Assembly: GCF_006345805.1 (NCBI RefSeq)
Contig: NC_043000.1
Coordinates: 153,822,001 to 153,886,000 of the forward strand
Direction: 5' to 3'
Origin: Octopus sinensis
Lineage: Eukaryota
Length of the DNA: 64,000 nucleotides
The notes beneath the pieces are model-generated. The model ran no database searches. It was given only the letters and a program-made list of their open reading frames with translations, and was not told where the DNA came from. Each line of letters opens with the position of its first letter. The first letter of the stretch is position 1. A program made the position numbers and the translations under genes. Positions 1-12,985 of this stretch are shown here, piece after piece.

Positions 1-134
1 ATGCATACATACATACATACATACTACATACATACATACATACATACTACATACATACATACATACACACACACACATATATAAATAAATATATATATAT
101 ATATATATATATATGCATGTAAGTATATATACAT
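1..134. repeat. Compound (CATA)n/(CA)n/(TA)n microsatellite
   Basis: Directly visible; abuts the core of the SINE A copy that follows. Confidence 0.95.
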
Positions 135-137
135 ACA

Positions 138-294
138 ACGGGATTCTTTCAGTTTCCGTCTACCAAATCCACTCACAAGATTTTGGTCGGCCCGAGGCTA
201 TAGTAGAAGACACTTGCTCAAAGTACCACGCAGTGAGACTGAACCCGGAACTATGTGGTTGGTAAGCAAGATGCCGCACAGCCATGCTTGCGTC
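138..294 (-). mobile_element. tRNA-derived SINE family A, 5' half
   Basis: Matches other copies (CTTTCAGTTTCCGTCTACCAAATCCACTCACAAG...GAACCCGGAAC); reverse strand has pol III A/B-box-like head. Confidence 0.85.
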
Positions 295-413
295 TCTTTA
301 TGAATATATACGGACTTGGAAGCACTCTGCTCGCCAAGTTCATAATTGTTGACAGAAAACCTCAAATCAGCTATGCTGACATTTCATAGTAAAAATTAAG
401 TATTACGTATATA

Positions 414-1640
414 CAGGGTGCGATGGGTAAATTGTCAACATTTTATATTTATAGTATCGCACATGTGCATTGTTTGTTTTTGATTTTGTCGACTCCATAG
501 TATAGTAGGGTCAGTTGGGCACCGTCTGTGAGAAAAACAATACCATAACGCAATTCATCTGCCAGAAATTTGGAAATAACATACTGTACTGCTTGGAATT
601 CGCACCAGAAGCCCCAATACGAACATTTCAATTTGGTGTCATTTGGTGTCAAACTGAGGATAGTGCAGATGATTCAAAAAGATTTGGATGAGTCTAATGG
701 TGATTGTAAAGGTACGGCAGCTCGGAAAAACTTTTCCGATAAGAAAAGAACACCTGAATTTGTTGGTCAGATCCAGACCATGATTGACAATGATCCCTCC
801 AAGTCAATCAGGTCCATCGCCAGGGACATGGGAGTGTCCGATTTTGTTACCAGGCAGGTAGTGCGTGAAGACATTCCGTATTCCTCATACGAGTTGAGAA
901 AGGGTCAATTTTTATCCAAGCCATCAAGGACAAGAGGAAAGACCGCACTACGAAGCTTTTGAACAAACCCAAGCATCCCATCCAACCGAAAATGCTTTGG
1001 GTTTTCTCAGACGAGAAAGGTTTCTGCCATGGTGAGATAGTGAACTCACAGAACAACCATTGGCTTGCTGTGTTTCCAAAACATGTCCCGAGAGTGATAA
1101 AAATCAGACATCCAGTCAACATCTTCTCACACGGCCTCAGACTCAACACAGATGCCTGCTTCAAGTGCCTGGAGACGTAGTGCTGTCCTGGGTCAAGAGG
1201 GTAATTGCTAGAAGACCCTTTGTCTGGAAACAGGACTCTGCACCACGCCAGAGAAGCAGGAGGACCTAGTCATAGCTGGCAGACAATTTCTGCGACCTAA
1301 CGTCTGGTCACCTAACTCCCCAGACAGCCACCCCCTTGATTATTATGTGTGGAGTGCAGTTGAGCGAAAACTCCTTGTAACACTAAAGACGAACTGAAGG
1401 CGCGGATTATGGCAGCAGTCACCGACTTAAAAAAGGCGAACGTCCATAAGAGTCGCAGGAGCTTCTGAAGTTGTTTGGAGGCAGTAGTTGAAGCCAATGG
1501 TGATTTTATTGAATATATTTACTCTTCAGTATTTCAAGATAGTTTTATGTAATTTTGGTAAATATATCTGTTAAAATGATATGTCAGTGTTATTTTCATT
1601 TTTGAGTTATTTAGATGACAATTAATTCACCGTACCCTTG
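414..1640 (+). mobile_element. Decayed Tc1/mariner DNA transposon, probably maT (DD37D)-like
   Basis: About 26-bp imperfect TIRs (CAGGGTGCGATGGGTAAATTGTCAAC at 414-439; complement at 1614-1640), TA at 412-413; transposase motifs in broken frames: HTH (DPSKSIRSIARDMGVS), VFSDEK, QDSAP, WSPNSPDSHPLDYYVW. Confidence 0.85.
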
Positions 1641-1741
1641 ATAATTATTTAACGTAATGCATCGCAATGAACTGACCAAAGACAGCTGGGATATGCATCT
1701 CCTCGCAAACTGAGATTATCGCTTCTCTTTTTCTTTTTTTT

Positions 1742-1956
1742 CTTTTTACATGTTTCAGTCATTTGACTGCGGCCATGCTGGAGCACCGCCTTTAGTCGAG
1801 CAAATCGTCCCCGGGACTTATTCTTTGTAAGCCCAGTACTTATTCTATCATCTCTTTTGCCGAACCGCTAAGTGACGGGGACGTAAACACACCAGCATCG
1901 GTTGTCAAGCAATGCTAGAGGGACAAACACAGACACACAAACATATACACACACAC

Positions 1957-1998
<42 letters not shown>

Positions 1999-2171
1999 TA
2001 CATATATACGACAGGCTTCTTTCAGTTTCCGTCTACCAAATCCACTCACAAGGCATTGGTCGGCCCGGGGCTATAGCAGAAGACACTTGCCCAAGATGCC
2101 ACGCAGTGGGACTGAACCCGGAACCATGTGGTTGGTTAGCAAGCTACCTACCACACAGCCACTCCTGCGCC
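1742..2171 (-). mobile_element. SINE family A, full length
   Basis: Complete: tail, body, internal (CA)/(TA) tract, core, tRNA-like head ending CACAGCCACTCCTGCGCC. Confidence 0.92.
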
Positions 2172-2803
2172 TGATAGACATTTCAATCTTTTCTGACTAT
2201 TACTTAACCCGGAAGGTGGTGGAGAAATGGTCAAGCTATGGCATCTGGTGACTGAAATAGTGTTGGGGTATGCGAGTAAATATAGGTATGATAAAAATAT
2301 GAACAAAGCAATACAAACCAAGCAAGCGAACACAGCATCTTTTACAATCGAATAAATAGCTCTGACCGATGCAAGAAACAGTGCCAGCAAGCTTACTCAT
2401 CTCTTTGTACCAAAACCTTCGTAACAGTTTCGCATTTTCCCTAACTGAATGTAACCACTGGGCTTCCACAAATCTTTCCCAAACTTAGGCTGAACTCGTC
2501 ACTCTCGTTTTGTGGAAAGGATCTAAACTTGAATAATCGAATGAAAGTAGTTCCAGAATGCTATTAGCATAATTAATGTAATCATCATTAACTGCATCTA
2601 CCAAATGCCTTTGTTTGTAAAGAAAGCAAGTGGAAGAATATTGCACGCAGATGGAATGTTCTGTACAATAACGTAAGATTACTGTGAGACAGACTACATC
2701 TATATTGCGAGCTCACCGATATAATCTGGGGCCAAAAAGCAGTGGATGAATTTCAGATTCCAAATCTCCACACCAAATTTCTCATTTGTTCTGCTGTTGC
2801 TCT

Positions 2804-3035
2804 CTCTTTTACTCTTTTACTCTTTTACTTGTTTCAGTCATTTGACTGTGGCCATGCTGGAGCACCGCCTTAAATCGAGCAACTCGACCCCGGGAATTAT
2901 TCTTTGTAAGCCCAGTACTTATTCTATCCGTCTCTTTTGCCGATCCGCTAAGTAACGGGGACATAAACACACCAGCATCGGTTGTCAAGCAATGCTAGGG
3001 GAACAAACACAGACACACAAACATATACACACTCT

Positions 3036-3097
<62 letters not shown>

Positions 3098-3252
3098 GAC
3101 GGGCTTCTTTCAGTTTCCGTCTACCAAATCCACTCACAAGGCTTTGGTCGGCCCGAGGCTATAGTAGAAGACACTTGCCCAAGGTGCCACGCAGTGGGAC
3201 TGAACCTGGAACCATGTGGTTCGTAAGCAAGCTAACCACACAGCCACTCCTA
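2804..3252 (-). mobile_element. SINE family A, full length
   Basis: Same layout; (CTTTTA)n-type tail on the plus strand. Confidence 0.92.
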
Positions 3253-4177
3253 CTCAAAGTAAATGTATCCAAAATTACCGAAGAGCTGCTGTAATTACTG
3301 ACAAACAAGGCAATGGGATGTCAAGTTCGCAGTAATAAAATGCTCTTCAGCAGCAGTCACTTCATGTCTCTACGATGTATACGCATAAGTGTTGTAGTTA
3401 CAGAGATTTCGTTTGCTTTATTTTCATATACGACCAAGACAGAGAATCCTTTAAAAAACATTTAAGCTGAGCCGCTGAAGATGTATTTATTCCATTCTAT
3501 GTTTACTGACCATGAACTATCTCTCGAAATAGTGGAATAGGATTAACTTTGCTATTTCACTGATGTTTTATTATGTGAGACGTTTTCTGATCTACTTGGT
3601 GTGAGTATAAATGAGTGGAATATGTATTTGTACACGAATCTTAGTATAAATCTATATGTATATTTGAATCCGTATGAATAAAACAGCGTACAAACTGAAA
3701 GTGATATCATAATCACTTTTCATGCCCTGTGATGGTGTAACTTACCAATGAAGTCTAATTTGGTGACTTCTTTATTAAATAGTACACTTGGATAGTATTA
3801 TAGTTTCAGATTTCGTATTTTTTCTGGGGTTTTTTTCTTTGCTCTTTTCATCTATTTCTTCTTTCTTTTCCTATTAGTAAATTATCCGAATAAATGATTT
3901 TATGATGGATTGCCTGACATCAAAAATCAACATAACGTAATTGAAATCTCCCTCTTATGATATGGAAGACTTAACTAGCTTAATCATGAAACAACAATTC
4001 AATCAAATTACACACAAATTACCTTTCTAATCCACTTCCCAACTCATCAAAAACTAATGTCTGTTTTCTTCAAACCCACCTGAATATGTCAAGCTGTTTA
4101 AACCACATGTGTCATATAAACAAACCTATCAGACCACATTTTATTTTCATTAAAATATTTTTACTGAAAATATTTTA

Positions 4178-4264
4178 ATTCCACCCATTATAGCATTATA
4201 TATATATATATATATATACTATATATATATATATATATATATGTAATGATATAATGGATGGAAT
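4178..4264. repeat. 21-bp-arm inverted repeat with (TA)n core, copy 1
   Basis: ATTCCACCCATTATAGCATTA ... TAATGATATAATGGATGGAAT; 2 mismatches between arms; second copy at 6109. Confidence 0.75.
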
Positions 4265-4419
4265 ATGCTGTTCATATATATATATATACATACATATATA
4301 AGTATATATATATATATATATAATACACATATACATGAATTATCAATCATAAACATGTGTTTGTATGTAAGTAGTGCCAAGTGTGTGATGTATATATACA
4401 TTCATACTCTGAATCATAA

Positions 4420-4464
4420 AAATACACACACACACACAACACACACACACACACACACACACAC

Positions 4465-4556
<92 letters not shown>

Positions 4557-4562
4557 TATATA
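4420..4562. repeat. (CA)n-(TA)n microsatellite
   Basis: Directly visible. Confidence 0.95.
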
Positions 4563-5237
4563 TGTAGCTATTAGGTCATCTAATGTAAAACAAATAATTC
4601 TTTCATGAACTACATATATTCATAGGGACCATTTGCATGTCTGGTTTGTGTTTAGTGGATGATAAATAAGTTTTTCCAGATACTTGGAACTAATCTGAAG
4701 TAGGTAATGTTTCAGAGAAAAGGCAAGAAGCTATAAAACAGAGATAGGGAAATGAAATTTACAAGAAAACACATGTAAGGGATTTGAAATCATCTGCTAT
4801 AAGCCGATAGAGTAATATGTTATAAAGGCATCCATTTTATCTCAACTTCCTAGTATAAGTTAAATGAAAACTAGATGTGATATATTAACGTTTCTTCTGC
4901 ATTCCAGAACTCATTAAATCAATCCCTTTTCTAAGCAAAAGCTGCAGCTTAAGATGATGTTGCAGCCACTTAAATACATACATTTAAGGGCTTAAATTTC
5001 ATATCCTACCACTTGTATTATACATATATTAATGGTTTGCTTACTCAGCCCAAAACGAAGTGCGGCAGAATTACTTGAAAATTACACGTTACCGTTTTCA
5101 TAAACGACTCATACATATTGCAGGAGAAAAAAGAGACAGTTATAACGAGAACATCGACCAAAGTACTGCTTGACAGTGCTGACCAGTGGATAAACAATGA
5201 TAAACCCTACATAGACAAACATACACACACATAAATG

Positions 5238-5622
5238 TGGAAGTACTCCGTCGGTTACAACGACGAGGGTTCCGGTTGATCCGAATCAACGGAACAGCCT
5301 GCTCGTGAAATTAACGTGTAAGTGGCTGAGCACTCCACAGACACGTGTACCCTTAACGTAGTTCTCGGGGATATTCAGCGTGACACAGAGAGTGACAAGG
5401 CCGGCCCTTTGAAATACAGGTACAACAGAAACAGGAAGTAAGAGTGAGAGAAGGTTGTGGTGAAAGAGTACAGCAGGGATCACCACCATCCCCTGCCGGA
5501 GCCTCGTGGAGCTTTAGGTGTTTTCGCTCAATAAACACTCACAACGCCCGGTCTGGGAATCGAAACCGCGATCCTACGACCGCGAGTCCGCTGCCCTAAC
5601 CACTGGGCCATTGCGCCTCCAC
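5238..5622 (-). mobile_element. tRNA-derived SINE family C, full length
   Basis: Reverse strand begins GTGGAGGCGCAATGGCCCAGTGG (A box) with GGTTTCGATTCCC (B box); six similar copies in the window. Confidence 0.92.
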
Positions 5623-6108
5623 ACACTTACATGCACATCCCTTCACACATACATAATACAAACATAGACTCGCACACATATACATACATACATACGTACG
5701 TGCGTGCGTGTGTGTGCGTGCGTGTGTGTGTGTGTGTGTAGGTGTGTGTATAAATATTGTTGTTACATGTCTTCGATTAAAACGGAACGAACCATAATTT
5801 ATGTCAAAATCCTCAATAAACAGCGTAGAGTGGAAATATTTACATTTATTTAATTTAATGACTTTAAGAAGAATTCAGCTATTTCTATGTTTAAATGATT
5901 CATCGGAAGTCTATCGTTGACCATTCTGCTGTCTTTCCACAACCCCAAAATAGAAGCCCCTTAAAACCCAGCCTGATGTCTTTAAAAGGAAGGCAATGTT
6001 GGACATTTTACTTCTATATCATCACAAATGCGCATATCTTAACTAAAATGAAAAACATGGTTGTTGCATCTTGGGAATTTTAGATCATAATATTATGGTT
6101 CCACTATA

Positions 6109-6164
6109 ATTCCACCCATTATAGCATTATATATAATATATATTAATGATATAATGGATGGAAT
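6109..6164. repeat. 21-bp-arm inverted repeat with short TA core, copy 2
   Basis: Same arms and same two mismatches as 4178-4264; both followed by ATGCTGTT then (TA)n. Confidence 0.75.
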
Positions 6165-6169
6165 ATGCT

Positions 6170-6172
<3 letters not shown>

Positions 6173-6247
<75 letters not shown>

Positions 6248-6258
6248 TATATATATAG
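6173..6258. repeat. (TA)n microsatellite
   Basis: Directly visible. Confidence 0.95.
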
Positions 6259-6275
6259 ATATACATTTAATATAT

Positions 6276-6477
6276 ACTCTTTTACTTGTTTCAGTCATTT
6301 GACTGCGGCCATGCTGGAGCACCGCCTTTAATTGAGCAAATCGACCCCGGGACTTATTCTTTGTAAGCCCAGTACTTATTCTATCGGTCTCTTTTGCCGG
6401 ACCGCTAAGTGACGGGGACGTAAACACACCAGCATCGGTTGTCAAGCAATGCTAGGGGGACAAACACAGACACAAAA

Positions 6478-6510
<33 letters not shown>

Positions 6511-6565
6511 CATATATACGACAGGCTTCTTTTAGTTTCCGTCTACCAAATCCACTCACAAGGCA
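6276..6565 (-). mobile_element. SINE family A, 5'-truncated
   Basis: Tail and body present; stops after CCACTCACAAGGCAT, no tRNA head. Confidence 0.88.
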
Positions 6566-7229
6566 TATACATACATGTAGCTTTACTATGAAACTGGATA
6601 AATAGACTGAATGATTATTGTATTACCCGTTTACTGTTTTAAATACATTATGTTGAAAAACACTTAAGGATCACATCCCTTAAAATATTTGCGTATAATT
6701 TTGGAGTTGAACAACTCAGCTGTGCAATTGTCTCGTAAACATACACTCATACCCATTCACAAACCAAAAACCCGGTTTTTGTACACATATTTGTAGTATA
6801 ATCATATCTCTTTGAGGCATTTTAAAAGAAATCAGTATTGAAGAATATACTCAATTTAAAAGACAAGTAAACATTAAACCGTGAAAGAAGATTTCCTGCT
6901 TATATTAACAGACCGTTGTGTCATTAATTTTTACATGCTTTTCTTGTCTATTATTTGTGTTCATTGTGTAGAAAATGACATTGCTCAGGAAAGAATTGAA
7001 TCTGCATAAGTGATACGAATTAGAGATGGTGAAGGGTGTTGTACTATATTTTTACACCTTTTTGTTACTACTAAGTTGCTAGTAGCTTTTAATATACACA
7101 AATTTCATTCATGATTTGAAGAATATAATTTCAACTATGAAATGATATATACCGGCAGATCATTGAAATATGGTTGTAAGGTTGTCAGTTTACTATATCT
7201 TTTATATATATATATATATACATGTATGT

Positions 7230-7891
7230 ATTTGTCTCTTATTTTTTAATTATTATAAATCTCCCACTGAGGAGGGACCTGGGTTTCAACAAAGATACAA
7301 GTCTCCATCTTTGGGATGTATTTATACAGATAGATTCACATTTGGAATTTGAGTAAAGTCTGCATATTTTCATAGTTCCACTCACAGATTGCACTTGTAA
7401 CGTTTGAATTAACCGGTCGATTTCTGGTTCTGAAAATCCCAGTTTATCCAGATTCTTCTTTAAGCAGTTACTAACAAAACTTAGTGCTCCAATTATTATG
7501 AATTCATAGTCTGGATATAGAAGCTGGAGGTTCGGAGCAGTTGTCCGTAGATATCCTCTTTTTCTTTGATTTTCAAAGAAATATTTATATCTGCAGGGTA
7601 GCTAACCACTATGAGGGTACATACCTTTGCCTCTCTGTCCCAAACAACAATATCTGGCCTGTTATGTTTACATTTGACAGATGTTTTGATGGGAATATTC
7701 CACCAGTATTCCTTCAGTTGGTGTTTATGAATGTATTCCATAACAGAGAGATTTTCTAAGTTTATTTCAGGGCAATCTTTTTTGCGTATGGCATTGTAAA
7801 TTGTTTTAGCAACAACATCGTGCCTCATGGGGAGGTGGTACCGTGACGACATTTTAGGACAGCTGCTAATCACATGCGTGATGTCTTCCAC
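7230..7891 (-). mobile_element. 3' fragment of RLE-type (R2-group, R4/Dong-like) non-LTR retrotransposon
   Basis: ORF 7496-7891: HVISSC..RHD zinc-knuckle end and RPDIVVWD restriction-like endonuclease motif; 3' region similar to 62384-62746. Confidence 0.85.
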
Positions 7892-8524
7892 AGAAATTTG
7901 ACATAGCGTAAAGGTGGTTGCACATTGGGATTACAAGTGCCTCACTGTCTCTCTTGTTCTCTCTTTTATATGTGTACGTATGTATGTATGTATATTCAAT
8001 AACTAAATTAATATTTAACAAAAATATAGTATTTGACAGACATAGACACTGGAGAGGCACACCGGAGGATTAGACCAATTGATAAATTGCATTGCTTTCA
8101 GTCACAAAGATGAAGGAACGGGTCGACTATTTTCGATTTTGCTAAAGGCTTCGTTAAGATTCCTTTCCTTTTATCTGGTTACCGAGATAATGTCTTGTTC
8201 TCAGCTGTCCTCTTGTTTCCAGAAGTAGATGTTTTTTCTTTGATAAAATGTGAATTTTCTTGAATTAATATTCCTTGAGATTATCGCCCGCCACACAGAT
8301 TTTTTCTTTTTTATTTTAGCGGTTAGCATTAACTGCCAGGAATAAGTTTACTTCCTTTTGAAACCAGCAGAGATTAAAAAGTCAATAGTTTGTCTTGTAT
8401 GGTATGTACTAAACTGTTTTTCGTTGTGTTATCTACATATTAATACGTACGTATGTGTGCACGCGTCTGTACGCGGTTGCACACACATGAACGCACACAA
8501 ACATGCACGCACACACACACACAC

Positions 8525-8557
<33 letters not shown>

Positions 8558-8701
8558 GTACGTGGGTCTATGTGTCTGTTTTATACATACGTATGTATGT
8601 ATATATGTGTGTATGTGTATATATATACTTACATATACATACATGTAAATAATTATATATCTGTACACACGCTGCTTATATTTATATACATATATGTATG
8701 C

Positions 8702-8741
<40 letters not shown>

Positions 8742-8976
8742 GAAATATGTTACGATAAGAAAATATAAAATACACGTGGAAATGTAAGAGTAAAATATGA
8801 AAAATCAACGAAAATGCATATTGCAAATAGAAAAAGGCTGTTTATGACAGGTAGTGACAAATATATACATTTAGATTGACTGAGGCAGTAATACGAGTCA
8901 TAAAGGTCATTATTATGAGATGATTATAAGATGATAATAACGAACCAATGGTTTACGCGAAGGCTATTCATGTATA

Positions 8977-9043
<67 letters not shown>

Positions 9044-9324
9044 TGTATGAGTGTGTGCGTGTGTTTGCATGCGCGAGTTATTGTATGTATTGATAATGTC
9101 GAAGTATCAACTTACACATTATTAATAAAGGGTCCATGATCGAATTAATGACATATAACCAATTCATCATTGCATGATATAAGACCAATGACCCTCAACG
9201 AAGATATATGCCTTCATGATCGAATGGTCGCTAGTCTTAATAACAGTCGGTGATTGATCGTTTCTTTTTAACCCAGTTATGAGACAGCTAAAAGGATATA
9301 TTAGGTCATATATTTACAGCACAC

Positions 9325-9410
9325 ACATGCGCGCGCACACACACACACACACACACACGTACATGCATACACGCGTACATACATACATACATACATACAT
9401 ACATACATAC

Positions 9411-9441
<31 letters not shown>

Positions 9442-9660
9442 CATACATACATACATACATTCATACATACATACATACACAGACACGTTTTACCTACTGT
9501 TGAATTGAATAATCTATGTGAATAAATTCAGAAACAGGAATCTGTGTGTGTGTGTGTGTGTGTGTGTCCGCGCGCATGTGTGGGTGCTTGTGTCTGTGTA
9601 TGCTTGTGTATGCGTGTGTATGTATATATATATATATATATATGTACGTATGTATGTATG

Positions 9661-9711
<51 letters not shown>

Positions 9712-9715
9712 ATGT

Positions 9716-9783
<68 letters not shown>

Positions 9784-9890
9784 GTGTATGTATGAATGTA
9801 TGTATGTATATATATATGTGTGTGTATATGCATCTACGTACGAATATTTATATATATGCATGTATGCACGTATGCATGTGTGTATGATTG
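9325..9890. repeat. Compound (CA)n/(CATA)n/(TG)n/(TA)n microsatellite block
   Basis: Directly visible; source of the many low-complexity ORFs here. Confidence 0.9.
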
Positions 9891-10590
9891 TGAGTGTATA
9901 ACTTACCATAGTTGAATAAACTTGCCTCTTATTCCATGCCATAGGTGAAATTTCAGAATATGCTTCTAATGGGGCCAGAAACGTAATACACATATATCAT
10001 AGATTATCACTATACTTTTAACTAATTAACGGAATTTTATTTCTGACGTGCTATGTTAAAATACCTAATGGTATTATTTTCCAATTATTTCTTTATTTAT
10101 TTTTCTAAACGTGTGGAAGATATATTATATCGTTTATGTAGCTTTGTAAACCAATATTTTTATATTTACTTATAGATGTAATTATATTAACACATCCGTC
10201 TCTACAAAGGTTATTTTCATAGTTTCTGATATTTTTCATGTGTTCCTTTCTCTTTAAGTGCAGAAATACGGGGTGTGCCATAAACATGACATCAGTTAGC
10301 TATTTTATAGCTACCGAAACTTTATTTTTAAATTTATTGTATTTAGTTGAATGAGAACAGTCGATACCCATGCCCATGTTAGGCTCACAGTAAATTTTGA
10401 GATTGATATATGCAATATTTAGCATTACATTGTGTAGGCGGCTAATTGTGTAAAAGATTTTCTACGGGGTCGCTAGAAATAGTAGCAAAATCTCTTACAG
10501 AACATATTCTATCATCTTAAAAACCACTGAACACTTTCGTACATTGTATTTAATACCGGGATATTTTCCTCGCGAAAGTCTTTGATTGTA

Positions 10591-10805
10591 CAAGGGGATG
10601 GTGAAAAGTTTCTGGCTTTTCATAAAGGAAAATACAGAGGATCAGTCAATTATGATTTTGTTCAACATATTCCTCTCTCAGATTTACACACTTATTGCAG
10701 TGGCCCTTCAGTTTTTCTAAATCCTGTAAAATATCTTGGGAGATTGGGCCCCCAACCAGGCTTTTCGCGATATGCTTATAGCCAGGAACTTTTCAGCACC
10801 CCTTA
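10591..10805 (-). mobile_element. Mariner-derived MITE (internal deletion derivative)
   Basis: TA then CAAGGGGATGGTGAAAAGTTTCTGGCT at left, AGCCAGGAACTTTTCAGCACCCCTT at right; minus strand encodes mariner-like C-terminus LEKLKGHCNKCVNLREEYVE. Confidence 0.8.
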
Positions 10806-10845
10806 TGTCTTCTCCCTCGGTTTTTGAATTAAATCTCACCACCTG

Positions 10846-10910
10846 TGATGACAACTACGACAACAACAATAACGATGACGACGACGACAACGACGACGAC
10901 AACGACGACG
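10846..10910. repeat. (GAC)n/(AAC)n trinucleotide repeat
   Basis: Directly visible. Confidence 0.9.
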
Positions 10911-11433
10911 ATAGAGCAAAATAGAATGATAGAGTTCGGAGTTAAATGCAAATTGCGAGTGGAGATGAAGCGACATATTGAATTCAATAAGATGCAAATG
11001 TTATGCGTTTTATTAGTTCAAACGAACAGAATCAGTCATAAAAGAGGTAAAGAAAGCAAACAAAGAAAACTGTGGAGACTGTGATCCAGGGAATTCAACG
11101 TGCTCGTAAGTTAGCTATTCTGGAGGGATTTTTAAACAGTAAACAGTATTAAAAGGTCATTGTTCTGTGTGTAAGAGATGCGGTGACTACTCTAAAGTTG
11201 GTAGCACTTGACACTGGCACGGCTTTGCAAGTGATACTCCACAAAATATTTTGGTGTAAGTTTCACAATGCTTTACATGTATGGTCGACATGGCATATCA
11301 ACGAAGATATGCATACAAGCATGCATATTATTCTTGCATATGCATACATACATACATACATACATACATACATACATACATACATACATACATACATACG
11401 TACGTACATACATACATACATGTATACATATAT

Positions 11434-11635
11434 ACTCCTTTACTTGTTTCAGTCATTTGACTGCGGCCATGCTGGAGTACCGTCTTTAGTCGACCAAATC
11501 GACCCCAGGACTTATTCTTTGTAAAGCTAGTACTTATTCTATCGGTCTCTTTTGCTGAACCGCTAGCTTACGGGGACGTAAACACACCAGCATCGGTTGT
11601 CAAGCGATGTTGGAGGAACAAACACAGACACACAA

Positions 11636-11668
<33 letters not shown>

Positions 11669-11839
11669 CATATATACGACGGGCGTCTTTCAGCTTCCGT
11701 CTACCAAATCCACTCACAAGGCTTTGGTCGGCCCGGGGTTATAGTAGAAGACACTTGCCCAAGGTGCCACGCAGTGGGACTGAACCCGGAACCATGAGGT
11801 TGGTAAGCAAGCTACTTACCACACAGCCACTCCTGCGCC
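11434..11839 (-). mobile_element. SINE family A, full length
   Basis: Complete copy; 14-nt head duplicate ACACAGCCACTCCT at about 11847-11860. Confidence 0.92.
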
Positions 11840-12181
11840 TCCTACAACACAGCCACTCCTATATACCCATATATATATATATACATTTATAGACATGCAT
11901 ATACATGAATGTATGTGCATGTGTATAAGTAAACACATATGCAAACATACACACACACACGCGTGCATATAGAAACACACATATATTATTAGTTTACTAG
12001 TTCCATCCAGATTCTTTGTGCCATGGTGGGAAGGGAGCTGTTCTTGTGCGAATTTATTTCATTCATGTTATCTTCTAAGGGTAACGAAGGTGAAGTGGTT
12101 TCGTCTCAAAATTGAAACCGGGTCACGTTTCGTTTTCATCGAAAACCACCAGCACCAACATTAACATCCACAAGTGAATAA

Positions 12182-12213
<32 letters not shown>

Positions 12214-12219
<6 letters not shown>

Positions 12220-12356
12220 AATATAAGAGAGTGGTCACTATATGGCTCACTCTAGCACCAGTTAATCCAAAAGGTTTCAACCACTAAAAATTGAAACCTT
12301 TTGATTAACTGGTGCTAGAGTGAGCCATATAGTGACCACTCTCTTATATTTATTTT
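12214..12356. repeat. Near-perfect long inverted repeat (67/66-bp arms, 10-nt loop)
   Basis: 12214-12280 is the reverse complement of 12291-12356 except one extra C; loop CCACTAAAAA. Confidence 0.95.
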
Positions 12357-12809
12357 GTAAAAATATTATAATATATTATAAAATATTAAATAATCCAGGT
12401 TTCTCGGAGCACTAGGCCACTTGGTGTTGAATGGATATACTATTAAATTAGTATCTAATTCTCTCACCCTTATTAATTAATTATATATATATATATCTGC
12501 GCTTCTGTATGTGTGTAGTTGTATATAGATTTTCATACGAACACGTTTACATACATACATACAAATACTCATACACATATACACACACAAACACACACAT
12601 ACATATTCTGATGTACGTGTACATGTTTGTATATACGTGTGTATGTATGCGTGTATATTCATGTCTATTCATACTCACATATATAAATACATATAAAAAC
12701 ACACATATATATATATATATATACACAATTTATATATGTATCTATACATGAATTCACACATATATGCATGTGAATTCACTGACACATGTATCTAAACCGT
12801 GTGTATATA

Positions 12810-12841
12810 CGCATATATATATATATAATATATATATATAT

Positions 12842-12896
<55 letters not shown>

Positions 12897-12927
12897 TATA
12901 TATATATATATATATATATTCATATAT

Positions 12928-12985
<58 letters not shown>
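12810..12985. repeat. Interrupted (TA)n microsatellite
   Basis: Directly visible. Confidence 0.9.

Noticed and set aside
2148-2469. Overlapping minus-strand ORFs, one with a hydrophobic stretch
   Set aside because: No recognisable family; hydrophobicity follows from T-rich composition; one ORF runs into a SINE
3322-3355. Minus-strand CTGAAGA-GCA..TGC-GAAC
   Set aside because: GAAA box incomplete and no stem I or III partner
5286-5538. Recurrent ORFs MVVIPAVLFHH..., MFIERKHLKL..., MSSNARGTNT...
   Set aside because: Incidental frames within SINE C and SINE A copies
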